64,000 nt of DNA, taken from Candidatus Entotheonellaceae bacterium (GTDB lineage: Bacteria > Tectomicrobia > Entotheonellia > Entotheonellales > Entotheonellaceae). Of this stretch, positions 51,109-64,000 are shown piece by piece. Below the pieces are notes generated by a model. The model searched no databases and was not told where the DNA came from. It saw nothing but the letters and a program-made list of their open reading frames with translations. The stretch is taken from assembly GCA_965238075.1 (NCBI GenBank), contig OZ250173.1, positions 1,312,001-1,376,000 of the forward strand. The letters are read 5' to 3'. Every line of letters starts with the position of its first letter. Position 1 is the first letter of the stretch. The translations under genes were made by a program, and so were the position numbers.

Positions 51109-51495
51109 TTGCGGCTGCTGCTCGACACCCAGGCGTTTTTTTGGTGGTTCTCCGGGAACAATCGCCTGTCGCTACCTGCGCGGCAGGCGATTGCGGATGA
51201 CGGCAACGACGTACTGGTTAGCGCGGCGTCGGCGTGGGAAATTGCCACCAAATACCGGCTCGGCAAACTCCCGAGCGCGGAGGAACTGGCCCTCGACATT
51301 CCCGCGGCCATCGCTGCACAGAACTTTGAGGAACTGCCAATCACCGTAGAGCATGCCGTGCGTGCCGGGTCCCTACCGGGTCCGCACCGCGACCCCTTCG
51401 ACCGCATGCTCATCGCCCAGGCGCTGACGCACAACCTCTTTTTCGTATCGAACGAATCGCTCTTCGACTGGTACGGCGTTCGCCGTCTCTGGTAA
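51109..51495 (+). CDS. VapC PIN-domain toxin
   Basis: LLLDTQAFFW, SAASAWEIATK, HRDPFDRMLIAQA. Confidence 0.92.
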   Translation: MRLLLDTQAFFWWFSGNNRLSLPARQAIADDGNDVLVSAASAWEIATKYRLGKLPSAEELALDIPAAIAAQNFEELPITVEHAVRAGSLPGPHRDPFDRMLIAQALTHNLFFVSNESLFDWYGVRRLW

Positions 51496-51538
51496 CCCCT
51501 GCTTCCTTCGGGCTTTGCCGGAGGGCAACAGGACCCAA

Positions 51539-51825
51539 TCAATCGCCCTCGGACAGGACACCAAGGACGCGATAGTCGATGCTCACTCGCGCCGAGTACA
51601 CCGGATGCCGCTGACTCACCCACTTGAAGTCCAAGCTTGGGTGACCGGGGTTCGACGCGAAGAAACGATACGACTCGCGCGCCTGCCGCTTTACGTGTTC
51701 GGGGAGGCGTCGATAGGCATCCCCGAAGCTTTTCTGGGCATACGAACGCACGCCTACAGTTCTTCACGGATTGAGAGGTCGAGTTAGCCCTGCTCGGTGC
51801 GCCACCAGAGCCTCATCGGCTAGAT
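51539..51825 (-). pseudogene. Remnant ParE/RelE-like toxin and upstream antitoxin tail
   Basis: YRRLPEHVKRQARESYRFFASNPGHPSLDFK..YSARVSIDYRVLG, truncated; LADEALVAHRAGLTRPL upstream. Confidence 0.6.
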
Positions 51826-51866
51826 AATTTTTGGTTCTGATTGAATCGCTCAATGCTCCAAGGCGA

Positions 51867-51936
51867 TCATTCCGGGCTTGACCCGGAATCCAACGGCCCC
51901 CGAAAACCTCTGGACTCCGGCTTTCGCCGGAGTGAC
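51867..51936. repeat. RPE-like palindromic element
   Basis: TCATTCCGGGCTTGACCCGGAATCCA...GGACTCCGGCTTTCGCCGGAGTGAC; related sequence near 38480-38530. Confidence 0.6.
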
Positions 51937-52201
51937 ATGGATTTAATATAAAGCCATTATGATCCAAAAATTTTCTAGATCGAATACACGGTTACGCACA
52001 GTCTTGCCGTCGCGGTAACAGTGAAAGTACTCAAGGTCCAGGCCCGTATTCGAGGAGATCGTGTTTATAGTCTTCCATTGGCATGGCTGCCAGAAACGGG
52101 CGCTCCATGCTGACACTGGTCAAGACGAAATAGCGAGTCCCGTTCGCGCTGAAGTCGAAGTTTCCAGACTCGTCAAGGAAGATATAGACGCAGCGGTTCA
52201 T

Positions 52202-52552
52202 TCAATCATGACCGGATTCAGGCGGCACGAGCCGCTCAAGATCGGCGATCAGTGCCGGCAGGTCTTCCTGCACGGTTTGCCAGACGACGTCGAGATTGAT
52301 GCTGAAATACGCATGAACAAGTCGGTTTCGCATTGCAACAATCTGAATCCAAGGAATGTCTGCCAACTCCAGGCGAGTCGGTTCGGTTATCTGGGCCGCG
52401 GCTTGACCGACAATCTCGATGTCTTTAACCAACGACAGGACCAACTGGCGGTCGGTCTCCAAGTCGCCGCGGACTCGATGACGCGCAAACGACACGGCTT
52501 CACGCGCCGCGTCGAGCATGTGACGTAAACGGATTTCGTCATCCTTGAGCAT
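52202..52552 (-). CDS. HEPN/DUF86 (HepT-like) toxin
   Basis: [21 protein letters not shown] (RxxxxH), VWQTV. Confidence 0.92.
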   Translation of the reverse strand: MLKDDEIRLRHMLDAAREAVSFARHRVRGDLETDRQLVLSLVKDIEIVGQAAAQITEPTRLELADIPWIQIVAMRNRLVHAYFSINLDVVWQTVQEDLPALIADLERLVPPESGHD

Positions 52553-52844
52553 ACTGCACTTCCGCCGTGTCCAAGACTTCTTGCCGGAAATAGCGGCTCA
52601 GGTCCTCAGGCGTTCGCAGATCGACCTTGCGTCCTGAAAATAACCTGGACAACTCCAACTCCATGCCGGCAATGCCTAACAGCCCCGGAATTCGATCCGC
52701 TTCGAACTCGACGAGGACATCGATGTCGCTCTCAGGCCCGAAGTCCTCCCGCAATGCCGAGCCAAAAACGGCAAGCCGCTTGATACCGTGCTCTTGGCAG
52801 AAAGCGGCAAGGGCGTCCCTAGATACCGATACTCGCGGGTTCAT
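52539..52844 (-). CDS. Minimal nucleotidyltransferase (MntA-like) antitoxin
   Basis: [32 protein letters not shown]. Confidence 0.93.
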   Translation of the reverse strand: MNPRVSVSRDALAAFCQEHGIKRLAVFGSALREDFGPESDIDVLVEFEADRIPGLLGIAGMELELSRLFSGRKVDLRTPEDLSRYFRQEVLDTAEVQYAQG

Positions 52845-53240
52845 TGTCGCGCTCCTCCACTTTAGAGTTTGCCTCTTGCTACTCGGTTCATTTCGTAACG
52901 CCGCCCACAATCCCGTCCTGCGTCACTCCGAACAGTACCTGCCCGTCGCGCTGGCTCAGGAAGGCGAATATCGTCCTTGCCGCCTCGCGGCGAAGTCCCG
53001 GTCGTCTCTTTGAACACCAGCGTTTTCGGACTCGCCGGACGCAACCAGCATTGCGAGTTGATCGATAGCTATCACGCGCGTCTCTGAACTACCTGTCGCG
53101 ATCCGCAAGCAGTGCTCGTACTACGGGGACTGGTAAATGGTTTGTATTGATGGCGTCATTGTTCCTTTGAGAACGGTGTAAACTTTCAAGTGCTCCCCGC
53201 AATATGGCGGCTACCAACTCGTTGCGAATCTCCATCACTG

Positions 53241-54040
53241 TTACGAGGGAGAAACTCTGATAGCTGATCTCTTGATAGTGACATTTTCGTAACCTTTGGT
53301 CATTTTCGTTAGATGTTCCGTGGAGCGGAATAAACGGTCCTGGTCATCGGCTGGCCCGATCATAATCTCGGTAATCGGAAGAGGCTCACAACGTATAGGC
53401 ACATAAGGCTTTAGAAACCGACTCCCGCTACTGTATTTGATACTATCGAATGACTCCTGTTGAACTATCTTCACGATCCTCCATTCCTTCCCCTGGCTAA
53501 AAACAACACTCTTTAGGAACACAACACTCAACAGAAAATACCCGTCGGCGCTAAAATTGTCGTCTTTTCTAAACTCAGGTCTCTGCCGGTGACTGTTCAA
53601 ATATTCCAGGTATTTCCGCTGGCTCTTTGCTTCATAGATTACAGGTCCCAACGCAACATCACCTTCTGCTGTCAGTTTGGTTATCTCATGGTTGAAGGTG
53701 ATGCGACAGCCATTCCGACCTGAGTACATCTCCCATTGAGAAAGCATGTCCTCGGATTCCGATAGGCAGAATATGTATGGCTGGATATTGTAGTACAGCC
53801 AGGAAAGGAAATCGGTTCCTTCGCATACGCGATTTCCCGATTCTCCAAACATGTTCCGCATGATTCCAAGGCCATGGCTCAGTTCTGTCGGACCATTGGA
53901 GAAGGCAGCGTGGGTGACAGGGTATTACTGCTTAGAATCTTCTTTGCGTCACAACTGGTGTAGTGGTGTAACCTATTCACCGGACGCTGGGGCTTGGGAG
54001 CTAGGAGTTGACCAAATGAGCTTGTTGTTTCGGAATCATT
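53241..54040 (-). pseudogene. DUF2971-family protein, frameshifted
   Basis: HHYTS in an upstream frame; FCLSESEDMLSQWEMYS, LKSVVFSQGKEWRIV, EIMIGP. Confidence 0.7.
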
Positions 54041-54965
54041 CATTGGGCCTTCTTTCTGTTGACGAAGGAAGCTCCCCCACCCGAATCTCCCCTGTCATCA
54101 GCTTGTGCAGCAGCACCTTGAACAGGTCGTCAAGCACCGCTCGCTTTCTCCGATGCAGGTTTATCTTGCAGTCGATGGCGTCGAGGATAGCGACGGTCTC
54201 TCGCTGCTCATCGAGTGGGGGATGCGGAATAGACAGCCCTGCAAGGCGGGCACGCGACATGTTGGGAATTGTCGTGCGGTTACCCGCGCCTTCATAGGCA
54301 TTACGGTACTTGAACCCTTCTTCCAGCCATGCCATCACGAACCGTGCGTCGGTGTGGGAGGTGTCATCGGGGCGCAAGCGATTGGAGATGATTCTGAAAC
54401 AGGCATCCCCCATCTCGCCGTCCCGCATCGCAGCCCGCCCGATCTCACCACCCGTGCATACGAGAAGGTCGCCCCGGCGCAACAGCCTGTGGGGTGGTAT
54501 CTCGCCTTCAAGACGCATTCGGCTGACAATCTGTAGTTCGGATACGTCCCCAGTACACATTGGATGTGCGGAGAAACGGCACGCCTTGGTCGTTGTTGGC
54601 AAGATTGCCTTTCAGCGAGAGCCCCTGTTCGATCTCGAAAACATGACCGATGGGCGTCAACTCCCAACTCTCCGGCACCGGCCCGATCTCCGTCTCCTTC
54701 TACGGCTCGTCGCGCAGGCCGCACGTGAACAGCATTTGCATCGCGGCGCGTTTCAGTTCTTGCGCAAGCGCAACGCTCTGGGCATGCGTCTTGATGGCTT
54801 CCTGTACTCTTGCGAGCACGGCGACGATGACCCGTTGCTCGTCGAGCGTTGGCTGTGGAATTTCAAGCCCTGCCAACCGGCCGCGCGACAAGTTCGGGAT
54901 CGTCGTCTTGTTGCCCGCGCCGATCTCAAACAGTTCTCCGAGCGGACGCCATGTCCACGCCTCGT

Positions 54966-54969
<4 letters not shown>
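54036..54969 (-). pseudogene. hsdS: Type I R-M specificity subunit, degraded
   Basis: Two IPxPxLDEQ repeats, ETEIGPVPESWE, LLHKLMTGEIRV; frameshifts and deletions. Confidence 0.82.
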
Positions 54970-56690
<1,721 letters not shown>

Positions 56691-56691
56691 A

Positions 56692-57343
56692 TTGCTATGT
56701 ATGCGGCACCTCTATTATTTCCACGACACCAGCAGCGTGTCGCCGATGAAAAAGACGTGCGACGTGCACGACAATCGTTTCCTGCGGCGGGACGGTTCGA
56801 ATCTGGCTGCGTTCCTGTACCTTTTGCGCCACAAACACCGTGCCGGTTACAATCTGATTCGACGCACCATCCAACTGGTTGCGCCGTTTTTCGACGACTT
56901 TGACCTGGCGCCGTTGGCGCTGAACGAAGACAAAATTCGCCTGCAATGGCGGCACCGGGATTCGGACGCCGATTTCGACGCCGCGGCGCTCTCGGACGGC
57001 ACTCTACGCTTCATCGCCCTGACCACCCTCTTGCAGCAGCCACAGGCGTTGCGGCCATCCGTCATTCTTCTGGACGAGCCTGAACTCAGCCTGCACCCGT
57101 ATAGCCATCACCATGCTGGCCTCTCTGGTCAAAAAGGCTTCCCTTGAGACGCAAGTGGTTATGGCCACGCAGTCGCCCTTCCTGCTCGACCATTTTGAGC
57201 CGGAAGACGTGATCGTGGCCGACCGGGTGAACGGAGAAGTGACCTTTACGCGCCTTGATTCTGGGAGCCTGGAAGTGTGGCTGGAGGATTACAGTCTCGG
57301 GCAGCTGTGGGAGAAGAACGAGATTGGCGGCCGCCCGGCTTGA
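56692..57343 (+). pseudogene. C-terminal fragment of an AAA_21 ATPase
   Basis: DGSNLAAFL, LSDGTLRF, LLDEPELSLHP, ATQSP, YSLGQLWEKN; no Walker A; frameshift near 57105. Confidence 0.82.
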
Positions 57344-57364
57344 CGCCCTACGGATTTACAGCGC

Positions 57365-57853
57365 ATGACACGATTGCTGGTCCACGTCGAAGGCGAAACT
57401 GAAGAGACTTTCGTCAAGAGAATACTGGCGCCGCATTCTTGCCATGTCGGCTATTCCACGGTCAGCGCCCGCTTGATGGGGAATTCCCGTCAGCGGGCTC
57501 GACGCGGTGGGATTCGTGCCTGGCCGGCGGTGCGGCGGGGTATCGTGAATCATTTGAATGCCGATGCCGGGTGCGTCGTCAGTACTATGGTGGATTACTA
57601 CGGCCTGCCGCAAACGGGACCTGGCGCTTGGCTCGAGCGTGCCGATGCCGCCCGATTGCCGTTTCCGTGCAGGCCAGTCAGCATCGAAAATGCCCTCCAT
57701 AACCATGTCGTCAGCCACATGGGCGGCGGATTCAATGCAAGCCGATTCGTGCCGTTCGTGATGATGCACGAGTTCGAAGCACTGTTGCTCAGCGACTGCC
57801 AGCGCTTCGCGGAGGGGATCGGTAACGGTCCCCTTGCGCAACCCTCTTCATAA
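57365..57853 (+). pseudogene. DUF4276-family protein, C-terminally truncated
   Basis: LLVHVEGETEETFV, TMVDYYGLP, MHEFEALLLSD. Confidence 0.8.
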
Positions 57854-60389
57854 CCACTCACCGTTAGGCGGTAGAGAATAAGACTTTATATTTTAAGGAC
57901 TTACGTAAATCAGGTCGCTCACACAAAGCCGAAGTGCGGTTGAGGCCGATTTCCCTTTTTCCGATCAAGCAAAATCGAGGCGGAAGCGTTGTCAAGCACA
58001 TTTCCGCCCCCTCGTTTAAGAACGCCCACTCTCCAACGTCGGGACCAGGATATCCGGGTCGTCGTTCACCCTGGTGCTGACGGCGTGCCTCTCGTACAGG
58101 CCGGCACGGAGTTCAAGCACTGCTCGGAGTCAGCTTCTCAGAAGGGGATCGACAGTCGCGCCACAACCGCCAGATCGACCGGACCCGTCTGGGTCTCCCG
58201 CCTTATGGTCTCCAATTCCAACAGCAATGGCAGCGCCCGCTGCGAGCGAGTCGGCAGGCTCCAAGCGGTGCCCAGGGCCAACTCCCGACCCTGCCCGCCC
58301 CAGCGCAACCGGCTGTACGGCGTCAGCAGACCCGGTAAGCCCAGCGCCTTCAGGCCGCCGTAGGCCACCTCGCTCTCCATACGGTACTGGGAACCCATCG
58401 CCCCCAGCCCCGCCGGGCGCATGACGCTATCCGCGTTGTCCCACAGCGTCGTCTGGCCACCGCCGTCCCGACCCCACGAGGACGTCACCGACGCCCTGAA
58501 GCCGCGCTGCTTCTCACCCGGGTCCCAGCTCGCCTGCACACCCAAGCCCCAGTCCCGGTAGTCGCTGGCATGCACCAACAGCACCCGACCGTGCAACGCT
58601 ACGTCCAGACCCCTGTGCGCATCCTGGTAACCCAGACGGATACCAGTTTCCAAGCCGCGGCCGCGTTCCGCATCGCCCCCGTCGAAACGCCAGCCAGCCT
58701 CCACCTGCACCCTCAGCGACCGCCCCACTGACAATGCCTCGTCGTGCACCCAGTCCAGCAGCAGCCGGCTCCGGTGTGCCTCGCCGCTTAGCTTGGCGAT
58801 GTCCTCCAAGGCGCCGGTCTCCAGGTACGCCGTGAAGCCATCCCCTCGCAAGCCCCATTCGTGGTTGCCCCGCCTGCTTAGCACCGCCCTCACGCCCCCT
58901 GCCAACATCCGAAAGTCGGCATTGAAGTGGTGAGCCCGGCCCGGCTCCTCGACAGCCACTTGACCCCCACCGAAACCGCCAATGCTCCACATGCTCAACC
59001 GGCCGTTCAACTGCCAGTACAAATACGGGTGAAACGTGGTCATGTGACTCTCCAACACCCCGTCGATCCCATCATCCGTGTACTCCAGGTCCCCCCAACT
59101 GCGCATGAACGACAGCCCGGCCAGCATCTGATCGTTGGCATACAGGTCCAGACCGACGTGAGCCGCTTCGAGACCGCCTCGATAAGCCATCCCGAGCCGC
59201 CTCAAGTCCCCGTTGAAGCGCTGCACATCCCCCTGGCCCCACAACACCGCTACCCGGCTCGTCTCTGCCTCACTCGCTCCCGACGACAGCTCGAAGGAGA
59301 CCCCTGACAGGCTGAACGCCTGACCCCGCATCCCTGAAAAGTCCCCCGAGCCCGGTCCCAGCGGCGCGGCTCCGGAAGCATCCAGGTCCTGCACGTAGAC
59401 GCTCCCACTCGGCGCCATACCGGAGCCGGGAGAGGCGACCCGGTGCGTTGGGTCAAAGCTGGCGAGGTTCCCCAACGACCCCAGCGACAAACTCCGTAGC
59501 CACGATCCTGGCGTGCCGGTTTCCCGATTCTCCGCGTTCCAACCCGATCCCATCGCTGCGCTGGTCCTGGCTGCGCCCCAGGCGCTGTGCACCACCGAGC
59601 CTTCCACGCCTCTGTCGCCGGCGCCGGCGCGGCCGATCCGCTCCGATTCTCGCGGGCTCAGAGCCGCGGCGCTATGGTCGCTCCCCGGCTGCGGGGTCGG
59701 CAGCGCGCCAACCGATGGCCCCAGGCGACTCCACTGACGATGCCGCTCAAACCGACCCTCTATCGCCGTCTGCGCGCTCACGGCCGTCGAGCGCGCGATC
59801 ACCGCCAGCGCCACCTCCAGCGTTTGCGAGAACCGCTCCGCCATCCGTGGCTGCTCGAAATGCACCTCGGTCGAGGCGGGCTCGCCTGCGCTCACCGCCT
59901 GCGGCAACGCGCCCAAGCTCAGCACAATCCCCTCCCCGGGATCGTCCACGTCGTCCATCAGTACCTCTACGGAAATCGTCCCCTCACTCTCGCCTTCCTC
60001 AAGCACCACCTTCGCCGGCACTCCACTGTAGTCCTCGTCAGTGGCCCCTCCTTTAGGCACCACCACCAGCGGTACTTCCACCCGCCGGTCCGCCGTCGGC
60101 GCCACCTTCACCTCGATGTCGGCCTGCTGGCCTTCCCCAATCTGGTACGCCGCCTGCCCAAAGCTCACCTCGAGCTCCACCAGCCCCTTGTCCTCCAGCG
60201 TCACTGTCGCCACGCCCGGCTCCCCTGCCAGTACTATCTCCGGCAGTTCCCCAAATCCCAGCTCCACCGTCTCGTCGTCCCCGTCCCCGTCATGGTTGGC
60301 CTCTATCGTGAACGTCTGTTCCGTTTCCTCGGCTGGGAAGGTCAGCCTGCCGGTGCCCTCCTGGGCATCCCACTCCTCCAAACCATCTA

Positions 60390-61597
60390 ATGTAGATCCC
60401 TATTGAGACCAAGAATTTTGGCTATGGACAGGCCCTGTGTGATAGAACCATCTATAAGCGTATCTCTCTCCCCACCGAAAACGGAGGAAACGATGGTTCG
60501 ACCCGATTTGAACACCTGGGGTCACAGCTTGGCTGATTTGCGACGCCTCGCGGTCAACGCCCAGCATCCACGCAGTCGCGAGCGTCTCCTGGCCCTCTAC
60601 ATGATCGCCTCTCAGCAAACCAATGCGACTACCTGGGCAGCCCACATCGGACATACCAAGGAGACCGTCCTGAGTTGGGTGCATCGTTACAATTTGGCCG
60701 GCCTCGCGGGCGTCATCTATCGTCACACCGGAGGCCGCCACCCCCTTTTGGCCAAGAGCAACTCGATCAACTCGTCCGCACGGTCGTCGAGACCGACCCG
60801 CTCGACCATGGCCTGCCAGGCCATGCCTGGACCTTGAAAAAGTTGCGACGTTGGCTTGAACAGGTCATCGGCTACGCATGCAGCCGCACGACCTTGCACC
60901 GAGTCCTGCGGGCTCAAAGACTGAGTTGGAAGAAATGCCAAAAAGTGCTCAAGAAGGCCGACCCGCAACGTCGTGCCGCCTTTGTCCAACAATTCCAGGA
61001 ATTGTTGGCGCGGCTTTGTCGCCGGGATATCCGCTTGCTCTATATCGATGAAGCCCATCTGCACCGCGATATGGACCTGGGCTACACCTGGGCGCCCGAG
61101 GGCAAACCCGCTTGGCGTCTGAGCGGCTGTGCCTCTTTGGCTGAACGCATCAACTGGTATGGCGCCTACGATTTCTCCTGCGGCCAGTGTTTCATCTGGA
61201 ACGAGGGCTCCTGTAACCAAGCCCATACGATCGAATTCTTACACCACGTTGCCGCTTGGATGGGTGATGAGCCTGGTGAGGTCGTACTCATCTGGGACGG
61301 CGCCCCGTGGCACAAGGCCAAGCGTGTGCAAGCGGCGGCTTCGGAATTGGGCTTCACGTTGGTCGCTCTGCCAAGCTATAGCCCAGACCTGAATCCGATT
61401 GAAGGTCTCTGGAAGTGGATGCGCGAAGAGGTGACGCGCAATTTCTGTCATGCCTCCATGCGCCATCTCTTTGATGCCTGCAAAGCCTTCATCGATCGTA
61501 TCAATGCCGATCCGCAACGGTTGGTCTCGCGGTTGTGGCCAAGATTCGAACTCGACCTGGAGTTCGAGAAATTCTTGGTATCAAAGTGAACGCACTT
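60390..61597 (+). mobile_element. IS630-family insertion sequence
   Basis: TA duplication (60388-89 / 61598-99); imperfect IRs sharing TTGAxACCAAGAATTT. Confidence 0.92.
60493..61589 (+). CDS. IS630 transposase in two ORFs joined by a -1 shift near CCCCCTTTT (60741-60749)
   Basis: HTH ORF RSRERLLAL; catalytic YIDEAH, IWDGAPWH, LPSYSPDLNPIEGLW. Confidence 0.9.
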
Positions 61598-62888
61598 TAG
61601 GGTATAGTCGGCGGCTTCCGTCGTCTCCGGCCGCGTCACCCGGATCGGGATCGCCAACTCCTCGTCCCAGCCCTGGCTCAGCTTCACCGTCACCGTCACC
61701 GCCTCTCCACCTTCGGTTGCTGTGTAGTTCTCCTCCTGGTAGCTCACCACCAGCTTCGTCTCCACTTCGAAGGCCTCCGCCGCCCGGTTGCCGTTGCCGG
61801 CCCCGTCCTCGGCCACATCCTCGGGGACCTCCACCACGACCGGCTGCCCCAGCTCCGCCGGCTTGATCGTGGCTCGATACTCACTCGATGACGCCTCGGT
61901 GAAGTCCGCCACCATCCCGTTGCTGACCTGGATATCTTCCGGCTCAAAACCCTCCACCGGCTCCGTCGGTCCTTCGATCGTTACCTCCGGCCGCTCCAGA
62001 TCCGCCTCGGCCCGGCGGACCTCGATGGCGTAGGCCTTGGTGGTCACCCCGTCCGCGGCCGTCACTACGACTGCGATGGTGGTCGTGTCACCCTCGATCA
62101 GGGCGATGTCGCCGCTCGCACTCCCACTGGCAACCGGCGTGCCGTTGACCGTCACCGTCGCGCCGGCGTGCTCCGTGGCCGGCGTCACCGTCACGCTGTC
62201 CACGGCGTTCCCAACGTCGACTCTATAGTCCGTGGTGCCCACGGCGAACACCGGCGTCAGCGTCCCCGATGAGATGGTCAGTCCTGACAGGTTCGCGTTG
62301 TCGCTGAGCGGTCGGGTCACGTCGATGGTGGTGGTCTGGATGGTCGTCCCGTCCGCGGCCGTCACCGCCACCGTGATGCGGGTCACGTTATTCTCGGTCA
62401 GGGCAATGTCGCCGCTGGCAGTTCCACTGTCCACCGGCGTGCCGTTCACCGTCACCGTTGCTTGGGCGTCTGCCGTCGTCGGCGTCACCCTCACACTGTC
62501 GGTAAGGGCCTCCACGCGGACGGCGTAGCTCGTGGTCGTCGCGGCGAAATCCGGCATCAGCGTCCCCGACGAGAGGGTCAGGTTCGACAGGTTCGCGTTG
62601 GTGCCGCTGCCAAGGATCTCCACGGCCACCTCTACGTTGCTCGTGTCGAACCCGTCCGTGACGGCGTAGCTAAACGTGTCGGTGCCGGTGACGTTGGCGT
62701 TGGGCGTATAGGTGACGGTGGTGTTGTTGGGGTTGATCGCGACGGTCCCGTTGCTCGGGGCCGTTGGGAACCCCACCTCGACCACGCGGAGGGCAGTCCC
62801 CGGGTCCACGTCCGAGTCGTTTTCCAACACGCCAATGACGACGGGAATGTTCTGGCTGGTCTCGGCGGTGTCAGTCACCGCCACCGGC

Positions 62889-63590
62889 GGGTCGTTCACG
62901 GCATTCACGTTTATGGTGATGGTGTATGCCTTGTCGCTGTCGTCCGTGCCGTCACTGACCTTGAAGGCGAACGTGGCGAAAGCGGCGCCGTTGGCGTTGG
63001 CCGGCGGGGTGTACGCGAGACTGCCGAGCTCGGCCTTCGTCACCTGCCGGGGTGGGCTGACGCTGGCGATGGCCGTGCCGCCAACCGACAGCGTCCCCTG
63101 GTTCGACCCGGGCAGTGAGGTGATCTTCACGTGCCCCAGCGTGGCGCCGGCGTCGACGTCCGAGAAGGCGAAGTCCGCCTCCTTAAAGATGTACGCCGTG
63201 TCCTCCTCCGTGGACACCGTCTTATCGGAACCCGTGATGGGGTCGTTCACGGCATTCACGTTAATGGTGATGGTGTATGCCATGTCGCTATCGGCCACGC
63301 CGTCATTGACCTTGAAGGCGAACGTCGCGAAAGCGGCGCCGTTGGCGTTGGCCGGCGGGGTGTACGTGAGATTGCCGGCATTGAGCCCGGTCTTTGTCAC
63401 CTGCCTGGGCGTGGTGACACGAGTGATGGCCGTGCCGCCAACCGACAGCGTCCCCTGCCCGGGCAGTGAGGTGATCTTCACGTGCCCCAGCGTGGCGCCG
63501 GTTTTGACGCTCGCGAAGCCGAAGTCGTCCTCCTTAAAGATGTAAGCCGTGTCCTCGTCGATGGACACCGTCTTTGCGGAAGCCGTGGGG
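62889..63590. repeat. Tandem ~351-bp coding repeat in the adhesin
   Basis: GGGTCGTTCACGGCATTCACGTT at 62889 and 63240; near-identical translated units. Confidence 0.85.
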
Positions 63591-64000
63591 GCGTCGTTGA
63601 CCGGCGTGGCGGTCGTGGTGGCTGCCAAGCCGCGACCGGAAGCGTTCTCGGCACGCACCGCAAACGTGTACAGGGTGCCGTTGAGCAGTCCGGTCACGGT
63701 GGTGGTGGTAGTGCTCGCACCGCTGTCGCTGATGTCGGCGAAGGTCGTGCCATTGTCGATGCTGACCTGGTACTTGGTGATCGTGGGGTTGTTCGGATCG
63801 TCCCAGGACAGCGTGGCCTGGCTGTTGCTCGGCGTGGCCGAGAGGTTCGTCGGGGCGTCCGGCGAGGCCACCACCGGCGTGGCATCCACGGTGGCTGGCC
63901 AACTGCTGTCCGCGGAGCCCTGTGCGGAGTCCTGTGTCGCCAGCACCGTGAAGGTGTAAGCGGTGCCATTGGCCAACGAGTCAATGGCAGCGATTGTCTT

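Larger units (their letters stand above)
58138..64000 (-). pseudogene. Large surface adhesin (FN3, cadherin-like/Ig, Calx-beta repeats, C-terminal autotransporter-like beta-barrel), split by IS630; start outside window
   Basis: PTNLSATP..TLSW..YTFAVRA; VNDAP/EDT repeats; ANLSNLTLS..LxPxF; barrel ending LSIPF; IS removal restores DYTL-DGLEEW. Confidence 0.88.

Noticed and set aside
52860-53240. Possible gene remnant between the MNT gene and DUF2971
   Set aside because: No recognisable motif or open frame of convincing length
57848-57910. GTTAGGC (attC-like core) and an AT-rich att-arm-like tract
   Set aside because: No matching RYYYAAC inverse core at a suitable distance and no integrase in the window

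Overview
GC-rich bacterial chromosome segment in three parts. (1) 1-~11.3 kb is a decayed accessory island downstream of a tRNA-Pro(TGG) gene. It carries a TA pair plus serine resolvase/res module, an NB-ARC/TPR (NLR-like) gene split by an IS5, HigBA, two broken thermonuclease/Excalibur paralogues, a DUF2971 gene bounded by two directly oriented XerC/D (dif-like) sites, scrambled TonB-C duplications and a possible TniQ/TnsD remnant. (2) ~11.3-49.3 kb is mostly intact housekeeping/metabolic DNA: LysR, a His-repeat hypothetical protein, rph, coaE, an orphan CbbQ/CbbO-like pair, PhoX, NIPSNAP, mandelate-racemase family, a gdh pseudogene, CoA-transferase, SlyD-like PPIase, a probable selenocysteine-containing rhodanese, a heavy-metal RND pump, copper-handling genes and an inserted ATPase/DUF4276 pair. 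IS701, an IS5 remnant and REP-like palindromes are interspersed. (3) ~49.3-64 kb holds a degraded type I R-M locus with several TA modules inside or beside it, a second broken ATPase/DUF4276 pair, and a large FN3/cadherin/Calx-beta autotransporter-like adhesin split by an IS630. All calls come from reading motifs by eye; no database search was run. The strongest leads are the Sec rhodanese with its SECIS-like hairpin, the dif-like-site gene cassette, and the Tn7-like signature next to tRNA-Pro.
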